From: an uncultured Actinomycetota bacterium
GTDB taxonomy: Bacteria > Actinomycetota > Nitriliruptoria > Nitriliruptorales > Nitriliruptoraceae
Length of the DNA stretch: 53,638 nucleotides
Assembly: GCA_964608935.1 (NCBI GenBank)
Contig: CAZSQF010000001.1
Span: forward strand, 1-53,638
Direction: 5' to 3'
Shown here piece by piece: positions 44,400-53,141 of this stretch. The notes beneath the pieces are model-generated. The model ran no database searches. It was given only the letters and a program-made list of their open reading frames with translations, and was not told the DNA's origin. Made by a program: the position numbers and the translations under genes. The stretch's first letter is position 1, and every line of letters begins with the position of its first letter.

Positions 44400-46058
44400 A
44401 TGCCGGGTGCCTTCTACACGGCTCTCGAAACGGCTGCCTCGACCCGCGCCGACGATCCGGCGTTCACCTTCTTCGACACCGATCACCAGACGACGACCTA
44501 CACGTTCGGGGGGCTGTTGTCGGCCGCCCAGGACGTCGCTCAGCGGCTCCGCGAGGAAGGTCTCGACGATCGGAGCCGCCCCCTCGGCCTGCTCCTCAGC
44601 TCCCAAGAGGAGCAGATCGTGCACTATCTCGGAGCCCTTTGTGCCGGTGCGGTGCCGTCAATCCTGACGCCACCGAACCGCAAGCTCAACCGGGAGTACT
44701 ACGCGGTGACGATGATGGAGGTCTTGAGACGCTCCCGGTTCCGTGCGCTCGTGACCGACCTGGACGACGTCCCATTCTCGGTTCCTGCCTATGGGCCGGG
44801 GAGCATCACGCCGACACCCGCCCCGGAACCTGATGGCCCAGTGCCTGAAAACGGCGAACCGTTGGACGCGTCGTTCCTCCAGTTCTCGTCGGGGACGACC
44901 GGGATCAAACGCGGCGTACTGGTCCGGGACGAGGCCGTGCTCGCGCAGCTGCATGCCTACGCGGCTGCGCTCGGGCTGACCGACGAGGATCGGATCGTGT
45001 CCTGGCTGCCCCTCTACCACGATATGGGCTTCATCGCCTGCCTCAACATGCCGCTGCTCTTCGGCGTGCACACGATCATGATCGATCCCATCACTTGGGT
45101 CACGCGGCCATCGCTGCTGCTTCGTGCCGCTTCGCGTTTCGGCGGGACCCTGTCGTGGAACCCCAACTTCGCCTATGCCTTCATGGCGCAACGGATCCGC
45201 GATAGCGAACTCGACAGTGTGGACCTTTCCATGCTCCGGGGCCTGGTCAACTGCTCGGAGCCGGTGACCCACGCAAGCCAAGAGCAGTTTCGCGCGCGGT
45301 TCGCGCCTCACGGGCTCCGCGACGACGTGTTCCTGGGCTGCTACGCCATGGCGGAGACGACCTTCGCCCTGACCCACGGCGCGGGGTCGGACCCGGACGC
45401 TCTGGACGAGATCGGTCCCGTCGCCAGTGCCCGCGCCACGGACCGCGACCCATACGTTTCGGTTGGAAGACCGATCGATGGCGTCGAACTCGAGGTGATG
45501 AAGCAGGAGGGCGAGCCCTGCCGTGACCGTGAGATCGGGGAGTTGTGGGTGCGTTCCCCGTTCAACTTCACCGGCTACTACGGAGAGCCGGAGGCGACGG
45601 CCGAGGTGTTCGCCGGTGACTGGTACCGGACCGGTGACCTGGGGTATCGGATCGGGGACAGGTTCTTCATCACCGGACGCTGCAAGGACGTGCTCATAGT
45701 CGGCGGGGTGAACGTGTTCCCCAACGACCTCGAAGACGTGGTCGCACGGGTCGACGCGGTGATCCCGGGGCGCGTGGCTGCGTTCGCCGAGTTTGACACC
45801 CGGATGCAGACCGAGCAGATCACGATCCTGGCCGAATCGGAGCTGAAGGACGAGGCAGCGCACGAGGCGGTTTTGCGCATCCGGCAGTGGGTGCAGGCGT
45901 CATTCGAGCTGGCCTCCTTCGAGGTCCGCCTGGTGCCCCCGGGATGGCTCGTCAAGAGCTCGTCCGGCAAGATCGCTCGATCGGCCAACCGGGACAAGTG
46001 GGACCGTGAGCGGCCGCACGCCGTGGCAGCCAGCAGGAGCACGCCGCAATCCGGATGA
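44400..46058 (+). CDS. ANL-superfamily adenylating enzyme (fatty-acyl-AMP / acyl-carrier ligase-like)
   Basis: The SD ggagggg lies 8 nt before the ATG. FLQFSSGTTGIKRGV, YHDMGF, YRTGDLGY and SSGKIAR are AMP-binding core motifs. Confidence 0.85.
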   Translation: MPGAFYTALETAASTRADDPAFTFFDTDHQTTTYTFGGLLSAAQDVAQRLREEGLDDRSRPLGLLLSSQEEQIVHYLGALCAGAVPSILTPPNRKLNREYYAVTMMEVLRRSRFRALVTDLDDVPFSVPAYGPGSITPTPAPEPDGPVPENGEPLDASFLQFSSGTTGIKRGVLVRDEAVLAQLHAYAAALGLTDEDRIVSWLPLYHDMGFIACLNMPLLFGVHTIMIDPITWVTRPSLLLRAASRFGGTLSWNPNFAYAFMAQRIRDSELDSVDLSMLRGLVNCSEPVTHASQEQFRARFAPHGLRDDVFLGCYAMAETTFALTHGAGSDPDALDEIGPVASARATDRDPYVSVGRPIDGVELEVMKQEGEPCRDREIGELWVRSPFNFTGYYGEPEATAEVFAGDWYRTGDLGYRIGDRFFITGRCKDVLIVGGVNVFPNDLEDVVARVDAVIPGRVAAFAEFDTRMQTEQITILAESELKDEAAHEAVLRIRQWVQASFELASFEVRLVPPGWLVKSSSGKIARSANRDKWDRERPHAVAASRSTPQSG

Positions 46059-46372
46059 CCTGCGCAGCATCGACTGGTGGACGTCGCCGTGGCGGCGGAG
46101 GCGTGTGATCGCGCCATCCTCATCCTTCCTGGCGGACCTCGTCCGTTGCCGCAACGACCCCGTGGGCGATGTTGGAGGGTGCGCGAGGGGACTCCACCGG
46201 AGACAGAGCAGGCATTACGGCTTCCTCCCGCCGGGCCAGCCGGCCCGACACACGGTACGTTTCCGTGTTGCTGTGAGAGTTCCAGGGGGAGCTTCATCGC
46301 CCACGCACCTCCCTGGCCGGAGGCGCACGTCTACGCCCCAGGGCTGAGGCACATACCCTCCCCGACCGGAGC

Positions 46373-47785
46373 ATGCATGGAGGCGGCACGGAGTTGAGCG
46401 ATCTGGGTACCGCCGAGACCTTCGTCCTCGTCATAGCGGGGCTCGCTGCCCTTGCCGTTCTTCGAACTATCCTCGTCCGAGAAACCGACCCCGTCATCGC
46501 AAGGCTCATCGCCTTTGGTCTGTTGGCGAAACTGACGGGTTCCATGGCCCGCTATACCGTCATGGCTGGTCTCTACGACGGCCGTGGCGACTTCATGCGG
46601 TATTTCTCGAATGGTGTCGAGATCGCCAGGCAGATCCGGTTGGGCTCGTTGCCGGACCAGGCCCGGAGCACCGGGACGCCCTTCATGGACTTTCTCACGG
46701 GTGTCGTGTACGTCGTCGTCCCAAACCAACTCTGGGTCGGGTTCGTCGTCTTCAGCCTGTTGTCGTTCGTCGGTGCCTACCTGTTCCTACAGGCGTTCCG
46801 GCTCGCCATGCCCGAGGGCAATCATCGACGTTACGCCGCGCTCATCTTTTTTCTCCCGACGATGGTGTTTTGGCCGTCGAGCATCGGCAAGGACGCGTGG
46901 CTCGTCTTCACACTGGGTGTCGCTGCTTACGGTGGGAGCCGTGTCCTGAGCCGGGCGAGGTTTGGCTACCTCATCGCAGCACTGGGTGGAGCGGGTGCAT
47001 TCGCCGTACGCCCGCACATGGGCGCGTTGTTCGCAGTCAGTCTCGCGGCCGCATATGTGCTGCGGTTCCGCGACACCACCGTTCAGCGTGGCGTCGCGGC
47101 GTGGGTGTTGGGACTCGTGATCGTAGGCGCCGGTGCTGGCTACGCGGCGGCCAACTTTGGCGACGAACTACCCCGCGACGAGTCAGTCGAGGGAACCACC
47201 ACCGACCAGATCGCCGCGGAGACAGCGCGGCGCACCGAGACGGGCGACTCGGAGTTCGAGAGCCGGCCCGTGCGTGGCCTCAGCGACTTCTGGCATGCGG
47301 CGGTGACGGTGCCGTTCCGGCCGTTCCCGACAGAGGGACATAATCGTCAGGCGCAGCTGGCCGGTCTGGAAGGGCTCCTGCTGCTACTGCTCTTGATCAT
47401 CTCGATCCCTCGGCTGCGATCGCTGCCCCGCCAACTCTTGCGACGTCCCTACCTCGCCCTGGCCTCTGCCTACTGCGTCGGTTTCATCATCGCGTTCTCG
47501 AACGTGGGTAACTTCGGGATCCTGACCCGACAACGATCCCAACTCCTGCCGTTCCTCGCAGTCCTGCTCGCCCTACCGAAGCTGCAGACGGCCCTGGGGT
47601 CTCGGCATCGGCGTGGGCGCCGACCGCTGATCGTTGGAGCGTCCCGAACCGACGAGCAGCACGACGACGCACCAGCACGCACCGAGCACCCTGACCTTGC
47701 AGCACCGGTGGAGCTCGTGGTCGACCTGCCGGCCGGTGCAATGGACGAAGAGGCCGCGGACGCACCCAAACGAGACGGCACGTAA
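46373..47785 (+). CDS. Polytopic membrane protein, putative glycan polymerase/ligase (Wzy-like)
   Basis: About 10 hydrophobic segments, with one large hydrophilic loop (DELPRDESVEG...FRPFPTEGHNRQ). Confidence 0.55.
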   Translation: MHGGGTELSDLGTAETFVLVIAGLAALAVLRTILVRETDPVIARLIAFGLLAKLTGSMARYTVMAGLYDGRGDFMRYFSNGVEIARQIRLGSLPDQARSTGTPFMDFLTGVVYVVVPNQLWVGFVVFSLLSFVGAYLFLQAFRLAMPEGNHRRYAALIFFLPTMVFWPSSIGKDAWLVFTLGVAAYGGSRVLSRARFGYLIAALGGAGAFAVRPHMGALFAVSLAAAYVLRFRDTTVQRGVAAWVLGLVIVGAGAGYAAANFGDELPRDESVEGTTTDQIAAETARRTETGDSEFESRPVRGLSDFWHAAVTVPFRPFPTEGHNRQAQLAGLEGLLLLLLLIISIPRLRSLPRQLLRRPYLALASAYCVGFIIAFSNVGNFGILTRQRSQLLPFLAVLLALPKLQTALGSRHRRGRRPLIVGASRTDEQHDDAPARTEHPDLAAPVELVVDLPAGAMDEEAADAPKRDGT

Positions 47786-47813
47786 CCGACGCATCTGCGT
47801 TGTGCCGGCACGG

Positions 47814-48533
47814 TCAGCGCCCCCGCATCCAATGGCGTAGCTCACCGGCCTCGACGATTCCGGCCCCATCGGGCAACCGGTCGAGCAGCTCGGCCATGGT
47901 TCCCAGCAGCGCACGACCATCCAGATCCTGCCGGTTGCGGACCCGGCTCATTGCTCGCACGAGACGGCCTGCCGGTGTCACCGGACGGTCAGACAGCGTC
48001 CAGCTGGCGATTGGAAACCGCCCTGCTGGTCGCGCCGTGTATCCGCCGCGGTCAAGGAGGTCGAACTCCCCGAGGAGCTCCTGCATCGAAGTGGCCCACT
48101 GCAACCGGTTGCCGGGAATCTCGATTGCAACGTCGTGGGCATCCAGCGTGGCGCTTGGTCGATCCACCAGCTGGAAGCCTTCCTGCCGCCAGCGTCGCTC
48201 ATCGTCGGCCGCCCGGGTCCGTCGGGCCGGGGGCATGAGATGGGCTCGCCCGTTCTCCAACAGCACGGTGGCGTCGAGTTGGGGTCGCTCGCTGGTCTCG
48301 CCAGCCTCGAAGGCGTCGACGACATCCCAGATGGCCTCGAGGACCCGGCGCAGAGATTCGGTCCGCAGCATCCGTCGGTGACCGAGGTACAGCCGATGCA
48401 GCTCCTGCGGCCCGCCGTCGCCCGGTGACGCGAGATAAGCCGACAGGTTCGCTGGCGGATCCGCCTCAGGCACATGACGCTCGGCGAACGCCGCCGTCAC
48501 CAGCTCGCCAGCCGCCAGGTTGTTCACGCGCAC
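47814..48533 (-). CDS. Hypothetical protein, possibly a P-loop-less HprK-related pseudo-kinase
   Basis: Cys-free, 239 aa, with a GTG start. ATVLLENGRAHLMPPARRTRAA...GFQLVDRPSATLD resembles the HPr-kinase-like core by eye, but with no GxxGxGKS. The frame stays open and protein-like for 23 more codons upstream, to the stop at 48603-48605, with no canonical start there. Confidence 0.45.
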   Translation of the reverse strand: MRVNNLAAGELVTAAFAERHVPEADPPANLSAYLASPGDGGPQELHRLYLGHRRMLRTESLRRVLEAIWDVVDAFEAGETSERPQLDATVLLENGRAHLMPPARRTRAADDERRWRQEGFQLVDRPSATLDAHDVAIEIPGNRLQWATSMQELLGEFDLLDRGGYTARPAGRFPIASWTLSDRPVTPAGRLVRAMSRVRNRQDLDGRALLGTMAELLDRLPDGAGIVEAGELRHWMRGR

Positions 48534-48648
48534 GCCGAGGACGTGGCTGCCGGCACGCAGCGGGACGGTGACCGCCCAGCCTAGGCGGTCGACCTCGGTC
48601 CGTCATATGGACGGCGGCACCGCCAGGTAGCGCGGCGCGGGCGGCAGG

Positions 48649-48996
48649 TCAGCAGTCCGCATCGTCGTCCTGTTGGGTCTCTTCCGACTGCCCAGCGACG
48701 CCGGCGAGCACGCCCGCGCGGCCGAGCTCGCGGACCATCTCCAGGACGTCGTGTTCTACGGTGTTGCGCGATGCGCCGAACGCCTCCGCGAGGTCGTCGG
48801 CCATCGCGCGGATCGTCGTCTCGCCGTCGAACAGGGCGCACACGACGGTGCCGATCGCATCCAGCTGGTGCAGGTGGCCGCTCGACTCGTCGTAGAGCAC
48901 CGCCTCGTCGGCGACCTCCACCATCACCATCGCTTCGTGCAGATACGGGACGAAGTCGCTGGTGAGCAGGTCCGGGTCGTGCAGGTCGATCGTCAC
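48649..48996 (-). CDS. PqqD-family (RRE-like) protein
   Basis: AVLYDESSGHLHQLDAIGTVVCALFDGETTIRAMADDLAEAFGASRNTVEHDVLEMVRELGRAGVL fits the PqqD pattern. The GTG start overlaps the GT4 stop (GTGA at 48993-48996). The tail is acidic. Confidence 0.7.
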   Translation of the reverse strand: MTIDLHDPDLLTSDFVPYLHEAMVMVEVADEAVLYDESSGHLHQLDAIGTVVCALFDGETTIRAMADDLAEAFGASRNTVEHDVLEMVRELGRAGVLAGVAGQSEETQQDDDADC

Positions 48997-50108
48997 GCCA
49001 ACACCTCGTCGTAGATGGCCTCGATGCGCCGCGCCGCGCGACCGATCGAGAACCGCTCCTCCACGTGCCGGACGGCCAGGGTTGCCATCTTGGCACGTCG
49101 ATCGGTGTCGAACAGCAGGTCGCGGATCGCTTCCGCCAGCACGTGGGGGTCCCCGGGAGGGACGAGGACACCGTGGCGGCCGTCGTCGACGGCCTCCGGG
49201 ATCCCGCCGACCCGGGTGGCCACGCACGGCACCCCCGCTGCCATCGCCTCCAGCAGAGAAATGGGCAGCCCCTCGTACCGGGAGCCGAGCACGAACAGGT
49301 CCAGGGCGGGCAGCAGCTCGGTCACGTCGTCGCGCAAGCCGAGGAACCGGACGTGGCCGTCGAGGCCACGCGCCCGTACGTCGGCCTGGATCTGCTCCTC
49401 CAGGGGCCCCGTGCCGATGAGGAGGACGACCATGTCCGGGATGTCGCCCCGAAGCTGGTCCACCGCCGCCATCAGCCCGGCGTGGTCCTTCTTGGGCGTG
49501 AAGTTGGCGACCGTCCCGATGACCGGAGCCGCTGCCGGAACGTCGAGCAGCGATCGCGCGTGCCTGCGCGCTTGCGAGCCGCGAGCCACCGTGTCCGCGG
49601 CGACGCCGTGGAGCAGCGTCTCGACCGGCGGTCCAGGTCGCCGTCCGGTCCACCGCAGCGCTGCGATGGACGACGCGACACCGTCCGACACGGCGATGAC
49701 GGCCGTGTTGCGCCGGTAGGTCGCCGCGTTGATGGCGCGAGTGCCCCAGCGGTAGCGCTCCCACACGTTGTGCTCGGTGTGGACGAACGGGGTGTCACGG
49801 GCTGCCAGCACCCGGGCCGCGGCAGCCGGAACCGGGCTGTGGGTGTGGACGAGGTCGTAGCCGCGCTCGTGCAGCAGCCGGCGCAGCCGCAGGACCCAGC
49901 GCGGGTCGACGGTGCGACGGGCCTCGAGACAGATCGCCGGGATGTCGTGGGCATCGAGCTCGGCCACCAGTGCATTCTTCCACGGCAGCAGGTAGGCGAC
50001 CTCGACGTCGAAGCGGCTCCGGTCGAGCTTCGGCGCGACCAGCGTCAGCAGCCGCTCCGCCCCGCCGAGTCCGAGGCCCTTCATCAGCCACAGCACCCGC
50101 GTGGCCAT
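48993..50108 (-). CDS. Glycosyltransferase family 4
   Basis: MATRVLWLMKGLGLGGAERL, VANFTPKKD and GSRYEGLPISLLEAMAAGVPCVATRVGG. The ATG at 50106-50108 shares one base with the upstream stop. Confidence 0.85.
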   Translation of the reverse strand: MATRVLWLMKGLGLGGAERLLTLVAPKLDRSRFDVEVAYLLPWKNALVAELDAHDIPAICLEARRTVDPRWVLRLRRLLHERGYDLVHTHSPVPAAAARVLAARDTPFVHTEHNVWERYRWGTRAINAATYRRNTAVIAVSDGVASSIAALRWTGRRPGPPVETLLHGVAADTVARGSQARRHARSLLDVPAAAPVIGTVANFTPKKDHAGLMAAVDQLRGDIPDMVVLLIGTGPLEEQIQADVRARGLDGHVRFLGLRDDVTELLPALDLFVLGSRYEGLPISLLEAMAAGVPCVATRVGGIPEAVDDGRHGVLVPPGDPHVLAEAIRDLLFDTDRRAKMATLAVRHVEERFSIGRAARRIEAIYDEVLA

Positions 50109-51220
50109 CAGCGTGTCCTGCCGCCACGCAGCGATCTGAGGCCACGACGGATCCAGGCCACGCCGGCATCGCCGCCGCGCACCGCCGTAAAGTCGCGTGA
50201 CGGCAGCGTCACGGCTCGGAGGAAGCGGACCTTGGCGCCGACGCCGTCGAGATAGGGCAGGGACGCGACCACCTTGGCGGCGTAGGTGCGGTTGTCGCCG
50301 ATGTAGCTCGCGATGGCGCGCCGCTCGTGGCGGGTCGGGCGGTGGTCGGCAACCGCGTCGACGATGGGGCCGGCGAGGGGATAGCCCAAGAGATCGCGAC
50401 ACAGCTCCAACGCTCGTGCCAGCACCGCATGGGCTCGCCAGCGCCGGCTCAGCTCGATCACGCGGTCTGGGTCGCGGTCGCCGTTGGTCAGCATCTGCGC
50501 CACGTCACGCACGCTCCCGTATCGGGGCCGGGGATCACCCAGCGCCGCGTGGTAGCACGCGTGCAGCAGGCGGGTGTCGGGCCCGAGGGCTTGCAGCCGA
50601 CGGCCGCCGAGGTCGAACGGCTGGGCGGAGCGGAACAGCTCGTCGAGCTCGATCGCGAGGCCGAAGCTGCCGAACACGAGGCTGCGGTGGGTGTCCAGCT
50701 CGTCCCCCGCGGTCCCCTTGAGGGTGGCGCCCTTGCCAAACCGACGGTCGAACCCGGGGCTCGGCTCTGGCACCGGCCGCACGTAGCCGAGGCCCAGCAG
50801 GATGTCGAGCGCATGCTCGAACTGAGCCGACGGGAACAGCAGGTCGACGTCGCCGAACGGACGGAGCGCCGGGTCCGGATAGTCGAGGTGCGCGACCGCG
50901 GTGCCCTTGAGCACGACGAACGGCACATCGGCATGGTCGAGCGCGCCTGCCACGTCCAGCAGGCGCCGCTCGAGCTGCACCGCCGCGGCGCACGCGGTCA
51001 GGTGCAGCTCGTCCACCGCCTCGCGCTGTTCGCCCGTCACCGGTAGTACACCGTCGGTGACCGCCGCGTGGAGGAAACCCGCCAGCCGCTGGGCCCGGGC
51101 CCGTCGCACGAGGTCCTTCCAGGCAGGCTCCGGAAGCGGGGCATCCGCCAACCTGTCGCGCTGCCCGGGAAGGCCGAAGGCTGCGAGCCATCGCACGATC
51201 GGAGGCGCGGGATGGGTCAT
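50108..51220 (-). CDS. Uncharacterised nucleotidyltransferase family protein (NTP_transf_5-like)
   Basis: VVLKGTAVAHLDYPDPALRPFGDVDLLFPSAQFEHALDILLGLGY is the family hallmark as I recall it. Confidence 0.7.
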   Translation of the reverse strand: MTHPAPPIVRWLAAFGLPGQRDRLADAPLPEPAWKDLVRRARAQRLAGFLHAAVTDGVLPVTGEQREAVDELHLTACAAAVQLERRLLDVAGALDHADVPFVVLKGTAVAHLDYPDPALRPFGDVDLLFPSAQFEHALDILLGLGYVRPVPEPSPGFDRRFGKGATLKGTAGDELDTHRSLVFGSFGLAIELDELFRSAQPFDLGGRRLQALGPDTRLLHACYHAALGDPRPRYGSVRDVAQMLTNGDRDPDRVIELSRRWRAHAVLARALELCRDLLGYPLAGPIVDAVADHRPTRHERRAIASYIGDNRTYAAKVVASLPYLDGVGAKVRFLRAVTLPSRDFTAVRGGDAGVAWIRRGLRSLRGGRTR

Positions 51221-51483
51221 CCAACCTCCAGCGCGCCAGCGGCGAGCAGGTCCTCCAGGAACGGCTGTAGCTCCGCGCCGACCTGGTCGGCCTCGACCCC
51301 GTAGGCCGCTGCCACCGCGTCCGCGACAGCGGATTCGTCCATGGGTTCGGTCAGCAGCTGCCAGATGGCATACGCGGTGCCCGTGAGCAGCAGGTGGTCG
51401 TCACGTCCGGGCGCGAGGACGATGGCCCGCTGCCCGGATCGCCGCCACAGCGCCCGTGCGTCGCGACGCCACACCCGGGTCAC
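51217..51483 (-). CDS. PqqD-family (RRE-like) protein
   Basis: 88 aa. AIVLAPGRDDHLLLTGTAYAIWQLLTEPMDESAVADAVAAAYGVEADQVGAELQPFLEDLLAAGAL. It overlaps both neighbours (GTGA at 51480-51483 and ATGA at 51217-51220). Confidence 0.7.
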   Translation of the reverse strand: MTRVWRRDARALWRRSGQRAIVLAPGRDDHLLLTGTAYAIWQLLTEPMDESAVADAVAAAYGVEADQVGAELQPFLEDLLAAGALEVG

Positions 51484-53141
51484 GGCTGGACCGTCGTGCC
51501 CCGTGCTGCGGCCCGTCGGAGGGGCTCGTAGTAGCCGTAGACGCGGGCCGCCTCCCCGCCGACGAGGACGATGCCGGCCACATCAGCGTTGAGGCGGGCC
51601 AGCTTCTCGGTGGTGAGGCGGGCCTGTTCCAGGGGCGTGCGCCCGCTCCGCGAAACTACCAGGACAGCGTCGATCGCCGGGATCAGCGCGGTGGCTTCGT
51701 TGGTCGCCAGCAACGGTCCCGTGTCGAAGATGACGACGTCCGCCAACTCCTTCGTCAGCTCGACCAGGCGCTTCCCGTCTGCGACGAGCCAGGGCAATGT
51801 GACGCCGTGGGCTCCAGCGCTGATCAGCGACACCCGAGGGACCGCGGTCGCCTGCTTCAGCATCTCGAGATCTGGAGATTCGAACTCCTGCAGCTGGTGC
51901 CGACCCTGTTCGACCGTGACGCCCAGCAGCTCGTGAACCGAGGCGCGACGAAAGTCACAGTCCACGATGAGGACGGTCTGCCCCGCTTCAGCGAAGCTCG
52001 CCGCCAGGTTCGCCACGACCGTCGACTTGCCTTCCGCGGCGGTCGCCGAGGTGACCAGGAGCGTCGGAGGGGGCGTCGGCGTGCTCACCTGTGAGGCGGC
52101 TCCAACCATGCCATTACTGGTCGGCGTCTCACCGTGCAGGTGCCAGCGCGGATTGAACTGGATCGCGAGCCGCAAGCCGCGGAACGCCTCTGCCGCGTCC
52201 GAGGCCGGCTCCTCCCTGACCGGCAGTCTGACACGATCACGCTCGCGCTTCGGCCGATGCGGAATCTCGGCGACAACGGGCAGGCCGAAGGCATCTTCCG
52301 CGTCCGTGCGTGTCCGGATCCGGACATCGAAGCGGTCGACGGCGAAGACGAGGCCGATCCCAAGAATGGCGGCGAGCAGGACCGCAAGGGCGAAGCGTGG
52401 CCCCGGCCGCTCCGGCACCTCGAAGACCGCTTCGGTGGGCGGCTCGGCCGGAACCGCGACAGGCTGTTGCAGGCTGTCGAAGGTGGGTTCCTGGCCGAGG
52501 TCGATCAGGCTGAGGTCGCGGATCTCGTTCTGCACCTGCCCGTACTGGTCGACGAGGACGCTGAGCTCGGATTCGACCAGCCGGCGGTCGAGGCTGCCCT
52601 CCGGCAGCTGGCCGATCTGCTCCTCGAGCTCGCGGACGCGGACGTCGATCGTGGCCGCACGATCGGTTGCTCGCTCGAGACGCTGTGTGGCCGCGGCGTC
52701 GGCACGCTCGTTGAAGTGGTCGATGACCACCGTCGCATACGCGTTTGCGAGCTCGGTCGCCAGGTCCGGGTCCGGATGGTGGGCGCGTATCTCCAGCGTT
52801 CCCAGCCCGGCACTGGCCTCGAGCTCCACCGAGCGGATGTCGCCCGTCGTGATGCGGTCGTCCACGCGCGCGGCCACGCCGTCGACCACCTCGCCCTGAC
52901 GGGCGAGCATCATCACGAGCTCGAGGTTCTCCGTCGCCGTCGACTCGCGGGCACGGATCAGCACATGGCTGGCCTGGTAGGACACGCCCGGGTCGGCCTG
53001 CACCATCCCGTCGCGGTCCGACTCGGTGTCAGGCAGCGTGGCCCAGCCGACCACCAGGCCCAGGGCGACGGCTCCGGCCACGATCGGCCACCACCGTCGC
53101 AACGGCGTGAGGTAGCGCGCCAGGGGATTCGCGTCGGTCAT
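51480..53141 (-). CDS. Polysaccharide co-polymerase / tyrosine autokinase (Wzz domain plus BY-kinase)
   Basis: Two TM segments flank a coiled-coil periplasmic-type domain. Walker A TSATAAEGKST, Walker A' LIVDCDFRR, Walker B VVIFDTGP. C-terminal Tyr cluster VYGYYEP. Confidence 0.9.
   Translation of the reverse strand: MTDANPLARYLTPLRRWWPIVAGAVALGLVVGWATLPDTESDRDGMVQADPGVSYQASHVLIRARESTATENLELVMMLARQGEVVDGVAARVDDRITTGDIRSVELEASAGLGTLEIRAHHPDPDLATELANAYATVVIDHFNERADAAATQRLERATDRAATIDVRVRELEEQIGQLPEGSLDRRLVESELSVLVDQYGQVQNEIRDLSLIDLGQEPTFDSLQQPVAVPAEPPTEAVFEVPERPGPRFALAVLLAAILGIGLVFAVDRFDVRIRTRTDAEDAFGLPVVAEIPHRPKRERDRVRLPVREEPASDAAEAFRGLRLAIQFNPRWHLHGETPTSNGMVGAASQVSTPTPPPTLLVTSATAAEGKSTVVANLAASFAEAGQTVLIVDCDFRRASVHELLGVTVEQGRHQLQEFESPDLEMLKQATAVPRVSLISAGAHGVTLPWLVADGKRLVELTKELADVVIFDTGPLLATNEATALIPAIDAVLVVSRSGRTPLEQARLTTEKLARLNADVAGIVLVGGEAARVYGYYEPLRRAAARGTTVQP

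Noticed and set aside
42956-44833. 625-aa plus-strand ORF
   Set aside because: After the first 70 codons or so (the acetyltransferase fragment) it is antisense to the IS256 transposase. It then overlaps the ANL ligase gene out of frame, and its composition is Arg/Gly-rich.
48534-48648. Spacer after the second PqqD-like gene, searched for a RiPP precursor. An ATG at 48604-48606 opens a 46-codon ORF.
   Set aside because: The ORF has no SD and an Arg-rich translation (MTDRGRPPRLGGHRPAACRQ...), and it overlaps the start of the next gene out of frame. The 5-bp hairpin ccgtc/gacgg at 48600-48614 is too weak to call.
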